In this document: piece after piece, positions 25,159 to 34,734 of the stretch
How positions within the stretch are numbered: the first letter of the stretch is position 1
Layout of the letters: every line of letters begins with the position of its first letter
Assembly (NCBI GenBank): GCA_963715565.1
Contig: OY970256.1
Coordinates: 2,679,836-2,743,835, forward strand
Source of the DNA: Pyrinomonadaceae bacterium
Lineage (GTDB): Bacteria > Acidobacteriota > Blastocatellia > Pyrinomonadales > Pyrinomonadaceae
Direction: 5' to 3'
DNA length: 64,000 nt
Notes under the pieces: generated by a model
What the model was told of the DNA's origin: nothing
The model's database searches: none
Seen by the model: only the letters and a program-made list of their open reading frames with translations
Translations under genes and position numbers: made by a program

Positions 25159-27066
25159 ATGATCATCTCTCGTCTTTTCTCCCTAACGGTCGCGGCCCTT
25201 TGTGTAGTCTCTCTCACGGCTACGGCCAGCGCACAGGCAGGAGCAACGAAGCCCGCCGTCTCTACGGAGAAGCCTGCGGCACCGCGCCGTTCAACAAAAG
25301 CACCGGCAGACCCATTACTGGAAGCGCGACGCCAGATGGCGACGACGCTGGTGATTAATCTGGCGGACGAGGCGCGCTCATTTCGTAGCGGGATGCTTGC
25401 CGCGCGTGTTCAGGCGCGCGCCGCAGATGCTTTGTGGGAAGTGGACAACGAGCGTGCGCGCGCTCTTTTCCGTCGCGCGTGGGAGGCCGCAGACACAGCC
25501 GACCGCGAGAATCTGCGCCGCGCGGAAGAACAACGCCGCGCGCAACAGGCTGCGACCGGCAGTTATGCGCAGGGCGGCACGCCCAACCTGCGCGCGGAAG
25601 TCCTGAGGCTCGCGGCGCGTCGCGACCGTGCACTCGGCGAAGAGTTTTTAGCCAAGCTCGACGAAGCGAAAAAACAAGATGACGCGAGCGGCACGAATAG
25701 GAATGAAACAGCCCTCTCGCGCCTTGACCCTTCGCGCCCCACGCAATCCATGCAGCAGCGTTTGCAGCTCGCGCAATCGCTCCTCCAATCTGACGAAACA
25801 GAGCGCGCCGTAGAGTTCGCAGACCCCGTGCTTGAACGCCCGACCATGCAGGGTCTCTCTTTCCTGTCGCGGCTGAGGGAGAAAAACGCGAAGGCGGCTG
25901 ACGAGCGATATGCGGCGATGCTTGCGCGTGCTGTGCTCGATCCACAGTCGGATGCGAACACCGTCTCGCTCCTGGCCTCTTACGTTTTCACGCCCCATCT
26001 TTTCATCACGCTCGATCCGGAGGGCAGCGTTAACAGCAGCCGCTTTAACGCGGAGGTTCCGCCGCCCGATGTTCCACAGCTCAAGAGCGCCTACCTGCGC
26101 GCCGCCGCACAGATTCTACTGCGTCCACTGCCGCCTGCGGACCAGGACCCGACCACATCGGGGCGCACCGGAATTTATTTCGTCATCGCGCGCCTGCTCC
26201 CGCTCTTTGACCGCTTCGCGCCCGACGGAGCGCCCGCCCTGCGCGCTCAACTTGCGGCTCTGGCGCAGAGCGTTTCGGATGAGCTGCGCAACGGCAAGAA
26301 CGAATGGCTGACCGAAGGGCTCGTGCCTGATGAAGAACAGCCGACGGACGAATTAAAGGGTGCGCTTGAAGAGGCGGAGCGCGAGACAAATCCGGAGCGG
26401 CGCAACTCGGCTTACGCAACCGCCGCGCTGGCCGCAGCCAGAAAGGGCGACCTGCGCGCGCGTGATTATGCTGACAAGATTGAAGACACGGTGATGCGCA
26501 AGTCTGCGCGCGCCTACGTGGATTACGAGCTGTTGGCCGCGGCTCTCAAGCGCAAGGACGCGCAGGAAGCGGCGAGGCTCGCGCGCACTGGCGAGCTGAC
26601 GAATATTCAACGCGTCTGGGGCTACACGGAAGCGGCGCGACTTTTCATCAAGTCGGACCCGGCGCGTGCGACAGAGCTTTTAGAGGAGGCCGCGACCGAA
26701 GCACGGCGCATCGGAGGCACAGACGCAGACCGCGTGCGTGCGCTCGTCGCGGTCGCCACGCAGATGTTCGAGATTAGTCGCCAGCGCGGCTGGGAGCTGA
26801 TGTCGGAAGTCGTCAAGGCGTCGAATTCCGCTGAAGGTTTTACAGGCGAAGACGGAAGAATCGTGGCGCGTTTTTCCACCAAGGGCTCGACTTCGCTTTC
26901 CACTTCCTCCATGCCCGCGTTCGATCTGGCTGGCATCTTCGCCGCGCTCGCCCGAGACGATATGAACCGCGCCGTCGAGCTGGCGAAAGACTTCGACACG
27001 GAAGCCCCACGCGCCGCCGCCACGCTCGCCATCGCCCGCACCGTTCTGAATGAAAAAAGGAAATAA
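25159..27066 (+). CDS. hypothetical secreted alpha-helical repeat protein
   Basis: 635-aa ORF with signal peptide MIISRLFSLTVAALCVVSLTATASA and RBS AGGAG. Ala/Arg/Leu/Glu-rich (mostly alpha-helical is my inference), with no motif I recognise. Confidence 0.6.
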   Translation: MIISRLFSLTVAALCVVSLTATASAQAGATKPAVSTEKPAAPRRSTKAPADPLLEARRQMATTLVINLADEARSFRSGMLAARVQARAADALWEVDNERARALFRRAWEAADTADRENLRRAEEQRRAQQAATGSYAQGGTPNLRAEVLRLAARRDRALGEEFLAKLDEAKKQDDASGTNRNETALSRLDPSRPTQSMQQRLQLAQSLLQSDETERAVEFADPVLERPTMQGLSFLSRLREKNAKAADERYAAMLARAVLDPQSDANTVSLLASYVFTPHLFITLDPEGSVNSSRFNAEVPPPDVPQLKSAYLRAAAQILLRPLPPADQDPTTSGRTGIYFVIARLLPLFDRFAPDGAPALRAQLAALAQSVSDELRNGKNEWLTEGLVPDEEQPTDELKGALEEAERETNPERRNSAYATAALAAARKGDLRARDYADKIEDTVMRKSARAYVDYELLAAALKRKDAQEAARLARTGELTNIQRVWGYTEAARLFIKSDPARATELLEEAATEARRIGGTDADRVRALVAVATQMFEISRQRGWELMSEVVKASNSAEGFTGEDGRIVARFSTKGSTSLSTSSMPAFDLAGIFAALARDDMNRAVELAKDFDTEAPRAAATLAIARTVLNEKRK

Positions 27067-27071
27067 GAAAT

Positions 27072-27161
27072 TTCGTAAATCGTAAATCGTGAATCGTAAA
27101 TAGACGAACGAGCGATAAACAGCTTTTCTCTATTTACGATTCACGATTTACGATTTACGAA
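27072..27161. repeat. unit-built hairpin, family C (CGTAAAT heptamers)
   Basis: Perfect 33-bp stem: TTCGTAAATCGTAAATCGTGAATCGTAAATAGA (27072-27104) is the exact reverse complement of 27129-27161. Convergent gap; overlaps the bshB1 stop. Confidence 0.92.
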
Positions 27162-27901
27162 TAAATGTTCATCGGGCGCGTCAGGAGCGCGAAGGGGTCT
27201 TCGACGTTGAGGGCTTCGCGGACGTAGAAGGCTTCGCCCGCCGCCGCGCCGATGAGCGAGCCGTAGTAACGCATGCGGAATTCAATCTGCTGTAAAAAAC
27301 CTTTGCTGCTGATGCGCGTCTCGGGCTCGGACGAATCAGGACGGTAGAACTGCGAGGCGTGCGCCTTGATAGCTTCCATCTTTTCCGCGACGAAATCCGA
27401 AACATCGACGATAAAAGAAGGCACGACGTGGCGCGAATAGACCGCGTGCGCCAGCGCAGGCATGGGCACGGAATCCAGCCCTGAGCTTTCATCATAACGA
27501 CGCATGCTGGCGAGGCGCGCCGCTTCGCGCACTATACGCGCGGTTGCCGCGTGGTCCGGGTGCGGGTCGTCCCAGTGAGAGGTGAGCATCACGCGCGGCT
27601 CGTAGGTGCGTATCATCCTCACCATCGCGGTGCGTGATTCTTCCGTGAGCCAGACGTGGCCGTCCGGCTGCTCAAGATTAAGCCGCACGTCGAGCTTCAT
27701 AATCCGCGCCGCCTCAATCGACTCCTGCGCGCGTCCCTCGATAGTTCCGCGTGTGCCCATCTCGCCGCGCGTCATGTCAAGCACGCCCGTGCGATAGCCC
27801 AAAGACTTCAACTTGAGCAGCGTGCCCGCCGCCGTCAGCTCCGCATCATCCGGGTGCGAGAAGACGGCCAGCACGTCCAGCTTTACCTTTTCATCGCTCA
27901 T
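27155..27901 (-). CDS. bshB1: PIG-L/LmbE-family deacetylase, BshB1-like
   Basis: VLAVFSHPDDAELTAAGT and DDPHPDH metal-binding motifs. Start taken at MSDEKVKLDVLAVF; the longer track ORF would overlap the divergent MBL gene. Confidence 0.7.
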   Translation of the reverse strand: MSDEKVKLDVLAVFSHPDDAELTAAGTLLKLKSLGYRTGVLDMTRGEMGTRGTIEGRAQESIEAARIMKLDVRLNLEQPDGHVWLTEESRTAMVRMIRTYEPRVMLTSHWDDPHPDHAATARIVREAARLASMRRYDESSGLDSVPMPALAHAVYSRHVVPSFIVDVSDFVAEKMEAIKAHASQFYRPDSSEPETRISSKGFLQQIEFRMRYYGSLIGAAAGEAFYVREALNVEDPFALLTRPMNIYS

Positions 27902-28002
27902 ATGGAGATTGTGTATCGTAACGCACAAGGCCCGGTCAAGCGCAGAGTTTGACCGTTGGGCCTTCGCTTGTGTAGCCTTGGGCAATCTGGAAAGGAAAAG
28001 CG

Positions 28003-28779
28003 ATGCAGTTGACGGTCCTCGGGTCGGGCACATCCGTCCCTCATCCGCGCCGCGCTTCAAGCGCGCACTGGCTGGCTTGTGAGGGCGGCTCGCTTCTGCT
28101 CGACGCCTCGGCTTCAGCCGTGCATCGCATGGCGCAGGAAGGTTTCGACTGGGTAAATCTGGATGCAATCTGGATTAGCCACTTTCATCTGGACCACGTG
28201 GGAGGACTCGCACCCTTCCTGTTTGGGACCAAGCACGCGCCGCAAACACAGGAGCGCCGCAAGCCGCTCACAGTCTATGGCCCGCGCGGATTGAAAAAAC
28301 TTTTCGAGGGCTTTGACCGCGCGGGCGACTATCGCCTGACGCAACAGCCCTTCCCGCTGGAGTTTCGCGAAGTGAGCCCGCTGGAAAATTTCGAGCTGCT
28401 GCCGGGACTCGCGGCCCGCACCTTCAAGACACCGCACACGAGCGAAAGCCTTGCCCTTCGCCTGACGTATGAAACTGGCGCTTCGCTCTGCTACACTTCG
28501 GACACCGGCTATACAGAATCGCTCGCCGATTTCGCCTCGGGCGTTGACCTCTTTGTGATGGAGTGCTCTTTCCGGCGAGAGAAGCCCGTCGAGACTCATC
28601 TGGAATTAAAGGACGCGATGCTTTTGGCCGAGCGAGCACGCCCGCGCCGAGTGCTCCTCGCGCATCTCTATCCGGAATGGGACAACGTGGACTTGAGCGC
28701 GGAAGCTGCGAAGCTCTGGCCCGGCGAAACTATTGAAGCCACAGACGGTCTGCGATTGGAGATAACAAAAGAAGGGTAG
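28003..28779 (+). CDS. MBL-fold metallo-hydrolase (RNase Z/ElaC-like short form)
   Basis: HxHxDH motif ISHFHLDHVGG; 258 aa. Confidence 0.8.
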   Translation: MQLTVLGSGTSVPHPRRASSAHWLACEGGSLLLDASASAVHRMAQEGFDWVNLDAIWISHFHLDHVGGLAPFLFGTKHAPQTQERRKPLTVYGPRGLKKLFEGFDRAGDYRLTQQPFPLEFREVSPLENFELLPGLAARTFKTPHTSESLALRLTYETGASLCYTSDTGYTESLADFASGVDLFVMECSFRREKPVETHLELKDAMLLAERARPRRVLLAHLYPEWDNVDLSAEAAKLWPGETIEATDGLRLEITKEG

Positions 28780-28781
28780 CA

Positions 28782-29993
28782 ATGAACAAGGCACAGCGTC
28801 TCAAAAATCTTTACGCATACTTCTTCCTTCTTCTTTTCACCTTTTTACTTTTAACTTTTTCATTCGCCGTGCGCGCTGTGGATAATCGTGCGCTCCTTGA
28901 AACCGGGAGCGCGCGTCGGCTGGTGGCTCACGCGCCCGCACCTTCGGAAATCAAAATCGTCTCTTACAACATACGCTGGCGCGGTGGACAAGACCTTCAG
29001 GAGATTATCGCTCTACTGAAAAGCGACCCCGAAATAGGCGGAGCTTCCATCATCGGCTTGCAGGAAGTTGACCGCAACAAGAAGCGCACGGGCAACACCA
29101 ACACCGTGCGCTTGATGGCCGAAGCCCTGGGGATGCATTATGCGTGGGCCGCGCCTCCGCTTTCGGAGCGCACGAAGGAGACCGAAGAAGAGACGGGCGT
29201 GGCAATCCTCAGCCCTTATCCGCTGTCCGAAGTCGAGCGCATTGTGCTGCCCATCGAAGGACCGGGAGGCCGCCGCCGCGTGGCTCTAGGCGCAACCGTC
29301 CGCATCGGTGAAAAGCACGTCCGCGCCTACTCCGTACACGCAGAGACGCGCATCTCCAGCCGCAAGCGTGTAGAGCAATTTCAGGCCGTGCTCGATGATT
29401 TAAGCCGCTACACGAATGCGACGCGCGCCGTCGTCCTCGGCGATTTCAACACCGCCTGGACGCAGGACGTAGAGGACGCGACGCGCCTCTTCACACAGGC
29501 TCAATTCGAAACGCCCATCCCGAACAATAAGTCCACCTGGAGAACTTTTATCCTCGAACTCAAGCTCGACTGGATTTGGATCAAGGGTTTGCAGGCGACC
29601 GAATACGGCATAGACAAAAAGATAGGTTACTCGGACCACTGGCCGCTCTGGGTCAAGGCGCGGCTGGACGCTGGCACCTCCGGGCAGGTGGAATTTAACG
29701 GGCGCATCGCAAAGATTGAGCGCACAGACAGAGCGCAGGCCGTAGGAAGCGGAACGGAGCAAGTGCTCGGCACAATTTTGATAGAAGGCGACGGCGGCCC
29801 GAAAGCGAAATTCACAAAAGCAGACGTCACCGTGACCGCCGCGACGCGCATCCTCGTCGAAGACGACAACGCCACCCGCAACGCCTCCTTCGACGCCCTC
29901 AAAAAAGGCAAACGCGTACGCGTCCGCCTCACTACTCCCATCACGGAATCAACGCCCCTGCGAGCGACAGCAAGCGAAATCAAAGTACAGTGA
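28782..29993 (+). CDS. secreted endonuclease/exonuclease/phosphatase (EEP) family protein with C-terminal beta-rich domain
   Basis: Signal/TM at the N-terminus. EEP motifs IVSYNIRW, GLQEVD, VLGDFN and SDHWPLWV. Start is 2 nt after the MBL gene stop. Confidence 0.75.
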   Translation: MNKAQRLKNLYAYFFLLLFTFLLLTFSFAVRAVDNRALLETGSARRLVAHAPAPSEIKIVSYNIRWRGGQDLQEIIALLKSDPEIGGASIIGLQEVDRNKKRTGNTNTVRLMAEALGMHYAWAAPPLSERTKETEEETGVAILSPYPLSEVERIVLPIEGPGGRRRVALGATVRIGEKHVRAYSVHAETRISSRKRVEQFQAVLDDLSRYTNATRAVVLGDFNTAWTQDVEDATRLFTQAQFETPIPNNKSTWRTFILELKLDWIWIKGLQATEYGIDKKIGYSDHWPLWVKARLDAGTSGQVEFNGRIAKIERTDRAQAVGSGTEQVLGTILIEGDGGPKAKFTKADVTVTAATRILVEDDNATRNASFDALKKGKRVRVRLTTPITESTPLRATASEIKVQ

Positions 29994-30086
29994 AAAGCAA
30001 TGCAAAGTGCAAAGTGCAGAATGCAGAATTAAAGAAGCTCTTTCTTTTCATTTAGCATTTTGCACTTTGCACTTTGCATTGCTTTT
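29993..30086. repeat. unit-built hairpin, family A
   Basis: AAAAGCAATGCAAAGTGCAAAGTGCAGAATGCAGAAT ... TCATTTAGCATTTTGCACTTTGCACTTTGCATTGCTTTT. Spans exactly from the EEP gene stop to the permease gene stop. Confidence 0.9.
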
Positions 30087-31383
30087 ATCCTAGCTGTTTA
30101 CGGAAACGCCACGCGCTGACCCAGACGAGGAGGACGGCGAAGAAGAGCAGCGCGAGCATGTTCGGATAGAGCACTTCGAGGCCCGTGCCCTTGAGCATCA
30201 CGCCGCGCGCAACCACTGCGAAGTGTCGCACGGGGTTCAGCAGGGTAAACGGCTGAAGCCATTCAGGCATCGCTTCAATAGGCGTCGTCGCACCCGAAAG
30301 GAGCGCTAACGGAGGGTTAACGAAAAAGCCCATCAACTGCGCCTGCTGCTGCGAGCGTGTGAAGGTGGCAATCAACGTCCCGATGCCAATGCCGGAGAGC
30401 ACGCAGAGCGCGCCTGCGAAGAACAGAAGCCCGAGGCTTCCACGCACAGGCACGCCGAACACCATGCGCCCGACGATTAAAGCAAGACCTATATCCGCCG
30501 TCAGCAACAAAAAGATGGGCGCGATTTTCGCCACGATAATCTCCGTGTTCCCGGCGGGCGTCATCAACAATTGCTCGACCGTCCCAATCTCCTTTTCCCT
30601 CACGAGCGACGCCGCCGAAACCAACGAGCCTTGCAGGACCAATAGCAGCCCTATCATCCCCGTCACGATAAACCAGGCGTTCTGCAAACCCGGATTATAG
30701 AGCAGCGCCACGCGCGGAACGATGCGCGCACGCGCTGCCGGAGGCGCAGTCACGTTCAAAGCCACGCTCGATGCGGCGGCTGTGGGCGCGTTTGAGAAAG
30801 CGTCCTGCGCGGCTGCTTCATCCGGCGCAAATTGTGCGGGCGGCGTAGAGGTACGCGCGTCCCGTTGCTGTGTCTGTACGTTCGTTTGCGCTGTCGTGGG
30901 CGGCTGCTCCGCACGCGCCAGCCGCTCGTTCAGAGCATTGATGATTCTGGAAGCATAGCCCGCCGCAATGGCCGCCGTGTTTGAGTTAACAGCATCAATC
31001 AAAAGCTGCACTTCAGCCGTCTCGCGCCTCATGCGCCGCCTCGCGTAGTCGTGCGGAATAACCAGCCCCGCATCAAGCTCGCCCGCGCTCAATGCTTCAC
31101 CCAAATCATTCGCGGATACGTAGTAGCTGTGAATCTGAAACGTCCCGCTCTCCGTAAAAGCAGAAGTCAGCTCGCGGCTCTCCGTCGTGCGGCTTTCGTC
31201 CACGACTCCGAGACGCAGGTGCGTCACCTTCGGATTCAGGGCAAAGCCGAAGAGGATGATATTGAGCGTCGGCGGGATGATGAGAATGACGACCAGGCGG
31301 CGATTGCGCTTTAACTGCCGCAGCTCTTTGACAAAGAGCGGCCAGAAGCGTGAGCCGAAAAGATTTTCATAAAATCTTTTCAT
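30085..31383 (-). CDS. ABC-2 type transporter permease (YbhS/YbhR-like) with low-complexity loop insert
   Basis: Start MKRFYENLF forms an ATGA overlap with the upstream permease stop. Six C-terminal TM helices. The loop carries a Q/T/A-rich insert. Confidence 0.8.
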   Translation of the reverse strand: MKRFYENLFGSRFWPLFVKELRQLKRNRRLVVILIIPPTLNIILFGFALNPKVTHLRLGVVDESRTTESRELTSAFTESGTFQIHSYYVSANDLGEALSAGELDAGLVIPHDYARRRMRRETAEVQLLIDAVNSNTAAIAAGYASRIINALNERLARAEQPPTTAQTNVQTQQRDARTSTPPAQFAPDEAAAQDAFSNAPTAAASSVALNVTAPPAARARIVPRVALLYNPGLQNAWFIVTGMIGLLLVLQGSLVSAASLVREKEIGTVEQLLMTPAGNTEIIVAKIAPIFLLLTADIGLALIVGRMVFGVPVRGSLGLLFFAGALCVLSGIGIGTLIATFTRSQQQAQLMGFFVNPPLALLSGATTPIEAMPEWLQPFTLLNPVRHFAVVARGVMLKGTGLEVLYPNMLALLFFAVLLVWVSAWRFRKQLG

Positions 31384-32486
31384 GCTTCGACCTGCATGTC
31401 TTTCATCTTGACCCACGCCATCATGAAACAGAAGAGACCTATGACTGTGAGCGCAAGCGGCACGTGCCAGACGCCGGGCCAGCCTCCCCCGCGCACAAAT
31501 GCGTCACGCACCACCTCTATGTAATAACGCGCCGGGACGACGTAGGAAATCCAGCGCAGGCCCGAAGGGATGTTTGAAACAGGAAAGATAAAACCCGAAA
31601 GCAGAAACGAAAGCAGAAAGCCCACGAGCTGCACGGCCTGAATCGCTGCAGCCTGATTGGGAATCCGCGCGCCGATCATGGTCCCGAACGCGACGTTGCA
31701 GACGAGATAGATAAACGTGCTCAAGAGAAACGGCGTCGGGTCGCCCGCGAACCATAACCCGAACAGCCAGATGGCGAGCACCAGACAGAGCGCCCACTCG
31801 GCTATAGCAATCAGGGTGTAAGCTAAAATTTTTCCGAGCAGGAATTCGTGCGCCGTGATGCTTGAGACGTAAACTTGCAGGATGGTCTTCTGCTCGCCCT
31901 CGCGCGACATGGCGAGCGCGGCCAGCAGAGGCGGGAAAAGCGCAAGGCCCACGGCGAACATTCCCGGCCCTATGTACTTGCTGGACTCGCGACCGGGGTT
32001 GTACCACAGGCGCACGCTTGGTTTGATGGCCGGTTGGCGTGCGCGCGGAAAATTCTGCGCCATGAAACTCTGCGTCACGGCCACTGCCTGCCCGCGCATG
32101 ATGTTGGCCGTATTAGCATCCGTCCCGTCTATCAGCCACTGGATTTCCGCGTCCATCCCGCGCTCTATATTGCGCTCGAAATCCGCAGGGATGATGAGCG
32201 CGCCGCGCGCCACGTTCATCTCAAGCGCACGGTCGGGCTGCACGTTCTCTGCCAGCTCTACGATGTGAAACGTGAGAGACGCGCGATAAGCATCCACGTA
32301 GCGGCGCGACATCGGCGACTTGTCCATGTCCTGCACGACGATGGCGATATCTTTGACTTCGAGCGAGATGGCCGAGCCCATCAGCGCCAGCAGAATAAGC
32401 GGCAGCACGAGCGCAAGCACGAGCGTCAAACGGTCGCGCGCCGTCTGCGTCAACTCCTTACGCGCCTGTGCAATGATGCGTTTCAT
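31380..32486 (-). CDS. ABC-2 type transporter permease (YbhS/YbhR-like)
   Basis: 368 aa; N-terminal TM helix, large loop, then 5 C-terminal TM helices. Confidence 0.85.
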   Translation of the reverse strand: MKRIIAQARKELTQTARDRLTLVLALVLPLILLALMGSAISLEVKDIAIVVQDMDKSPMSRRYVDAYRASLTFHIVELAENVQPDRALEMNVARGALIIPADFERNIERGMDAEIQWLIDGTDANTANIMRGQAVAVTQSFMAQNFPRARQPAIKPSVRLWYNPGRESSKYIGPGMFAVGLALFPPLLAALAMSREGEQKTILQVYVSSITAHEFLLGKILAYTLIAIAEWALCLVLAIWLFGLWFAGDPTPFLLSTFIYLVCNVAFGTMIGARIPNQAAAIQAVQLVGFLLSFLLSGFIFPVSNIPSGLRWISYVVPARYYIEVVRDAFVRGGGWPGVWHVPLALTVIGLFCFMMAWVKMKDMQVEA

Positions 32487-32516
32487 TCGTCAATCGTGAA
32501 TCGTTAGCAGATTCAA

Positions 32517-32662
32517 ACAGGATGGACAGGATGGACAGGATAAGAAGAAATGATAAATGCAAAGTGCAAAGTGCAAAATTAAAGAGATTCTTTCTGTTCA
32601 TTCATCATTTTGCGTTTTGACTTTTGCATTGCTTTTATCCTGTGTATCCTGTCCATCCCTGT
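32517..32662. repeat. nested hairpin: outer nonamer (GGATGGACA) arms enclosing a family-A hairpin
   Basis: Outer arms ACAGGATGGACAGGATGGACAGGATAA (32517-32543) and TTATCCTGTGTATCCTGTCCATCCCTGT (32635-32662). Inner family-A arms at 32555-32579 and 32607-32636. Lies between the ABC ATPase stop and the permease start. Confidence 0.85.
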
Positions 32663-32682
32663 TAATTTCTTTCCTCACATTT

Positions 32683-34734
32683 TTATTCCTCAGTTGCCGC
32701 GAGGCCCATTTTTCGCGCACGCTCGACGACGACGATGAAAACGTCTTCGAGCGAGTAAGGCTCTTCATAAGCTTTCAGGACGCGTATGCCTTCTCGCGCG
32801 AGTCGCGTGGTGATGTGGCTTATGCCGCTTTCTGCATCTTCGTCCGTGATGACGTGCAGGCGCTCCCCAAAGAGCGAGACGCGCCAGCGTTCCATCTCCG
32901 CTTTCAAAAGATTGGCCGCGCGCTGCGGCTCCGACGTGATGATTTCCAGCAGGTGTCCTCCCTGCTCGGCTTTCAAAGCGGTCGGCGTCCCTTGTGCCAC
33001 AAGCTCGCCCGCGACCATCAGCCCCAGTCGATTACACTGCTCCGCCTCTTCCAGATAATGTGTAGTGACGAGCACGGCCACGCCCTGATCCGCAAAGGTC
33101 GTGATCATTTTCCAGAAGGCGCGGCGCGCAAGCGGGTCAACGCCGGAGGTCGGCTCGTCCAGAAAGAGCACCGAAGGCTCGTGCATGACGGCAGCGCCAA
33201 AGGCCACGCGCTGTTTCCACCCTCCGGGCAGGCTTCCAGTAAGCTGGTCGCCCTTGCCTTCAAGACCCGAGAAGGCAAGCACCCATTTCTTCTTCTCTTC
33301 GCGCTCTGCGCGCGGCACTTGATAGACGCCCGCGAAAAAATCCAGGTTCTCCGCGATGGTCAAATCGTCGTAGAGCGAAAACTTCTGCGACATGTAGCCG
33401 ATGCGCTGCCGCACAAAGCCCGAGCGCAGGCTACCGCGCTCGCCCGCCAATTCCACTTCGCCGCTCGTCGGCTCTAATAAGCCACAGAGCATTTTAATCG
33501 TAGTCGTTTTCCCGGCACCGTTCGCGCCCAACAATCCATATATCTCGCCGTAGCGAACTTCTATGTGCACGTCCTTGACGGCTACGAAATCTCCGAACTC
33601 TTTGCGTAAATCCCACGCGCCGATGGCGACCGAATCGGGCGCACGCTCGCGGAACTCGCGACGGCGCGGAAACTCTACGGGCTTGATTTCCGAACCCATC
33701 TCTCGTAAGACCGCGACGAAAACATTTTCCAGCATGGGCGCAGCAGGGCTGATTTCCGTCGCCTCGATGCCAGCCGCAGCCAACGTCTCGCGCACAACGC
33801 GCTCCCCCTCTTTCACATCTTTGACCATCACGTCGAGGCGGTCGCCGTAGCGCTGCACGTCGTCAAGCCCCGCGACCTGCATAAGCACATCTTCGGCGCG
33901 GCTCAGATTCGAGGCGCGCACTTCCAATCTTTCAAGACCGAGATGCTCGCGTAGCTCTGCGGGCGTTCCCACCTGATGAATCGCGCCTTCGTACATGAGC
34001 GCGACGCGCGTGCAGCGCTCGGCCTCGTCAAGGTAAGGCGTGGCGACGACAATCGTCATGCCCTCGCTGGAGAGATTGGCGAGCGTGTCCCAGAACTCGC
34101 GGCGCGAGACGGGATCGACGCCCGTCGTCGGCTCGTCCAGAAGAAGAATGCGCGGCTCGGCGATGAGCGCGCACGCGAGGGCAAGCTTCTGTTTCATGCC
34201 GCCGCTCAAGCGGCCCGCGAGCCGGTTAGTAAAGCGGTCCATGTCGAACATGCGCAGGTAACGCATCCCGCGCTCTTCGATTTCGGCGCGCGTCAGCTCT
34301 CGCAGCTCGCCTATGTAACGCAGGTTTTCCCAGACGCTTAAATCCTGATAGAGACTAAAGGCTTGCGTGAGATAGCCTACAAAGGCTCGCGCGTCGCGCG
34401 CCGTCTCGCCGAACATCAGGGCTTCGCCAGAGGTGGCACGCATGACGCCGCCTAGAATTTGAAAAGTAGAAGTCTTGCCCGCGCCGTCCGGTCCTATGAG
34501 TCCAAAAATCTCGCCCGCGTAGATGTCCAGATTTAGCCCTCGCACGGCTTCGAGCGTGCCGTAAGATTTACGCAGGTCGCGTATGCGAACAGCTATCTCG
34601 CGTGAGCTTTCAGGCGGAGTTGTGGTCGAAGAAGGAAGAGGAACACCCTGCGGCGGAGACGGATACTGCTCACTGCTTACTGCTTTCTGCTCACTTTTCT
34701 CGCCGCTCATTTTTGTCTCGTGCCGGTCGGCCAT
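32683..34734 (-). CDS. ABC transporter ATP-binding protein with two fused ATPase cassettes (YbhF-like)
   Basis: Walker A GPDGAGKTS and GANGAGKTT; signatures LSGGMKQKL and LPGGWKQRV. An alternative start at 34710 abuts the HlyD-like stop. Confidence 0.9.
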   Translation of the reverse strand: MADRHETKMSGEKSEQKAVSSEQYPSPPQGVPLPSSTTTPPESSREIAVRIRDLRKSYGTLEAVRGLNLDIYAGEIFGLIGPDGAGKTSTFQILGGVMRATSGEALMFGETARDARAFVGYLTQAFSLYQDLSVWENLRYIGELRELTRAEIEERGMRYLRMFDMDRFTNRLAGRLSGGMKQKLALACALIAEPRILLLDEPTTGVDPVSRREFWDTLANLSSEGMTIVVATPYLDEAERCTRVALMYEGAIHQVGTPAELREHLGLERLEVRASNLSRAEDVLMQVAGLDDVQRYGDRLDVMVKDVKEGERVVRETLAAAGIEATEISPAAPMLENVFVAVLREMGSEIKPVEFPRRREFRERAPDSVAIGAWDLRKEFGDFVAVKDVHIEVRYGEIYGLLGANGAGKTTTIKMLCGLLEPTSGEVELAGERGSLRSGFVRQRIGYMSQKFSLYDDLTIAENLDFFAGVYQVPRAEREEKKKWVLAFSGLEGKGDQLTGSLPGGWKQRVAFGAAVMHEPSVLFLDEPTSGVDPLARRAFWKMITTFADQGVAVLVTTHYLEEAEQCNRLGLMVAGELVAQGTPTALKAEQGGHLLEIITSEPQRAANLLKAEMERWRVSLFGERLHVITDEDAESGISHITTRLAREGIRVLKAYEEPYSLEDVFIVVVERARKMGLAATEE

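Noticed and set aside
27902-28168. 89-aa N-terminal extension of the BshB1-like ORF
   Set aside because: It would overlap the divergent MBL gene start and has an Arg/Pro/Ala-rich shadow composition. The PIG-L fold begins right after Met at 27901.
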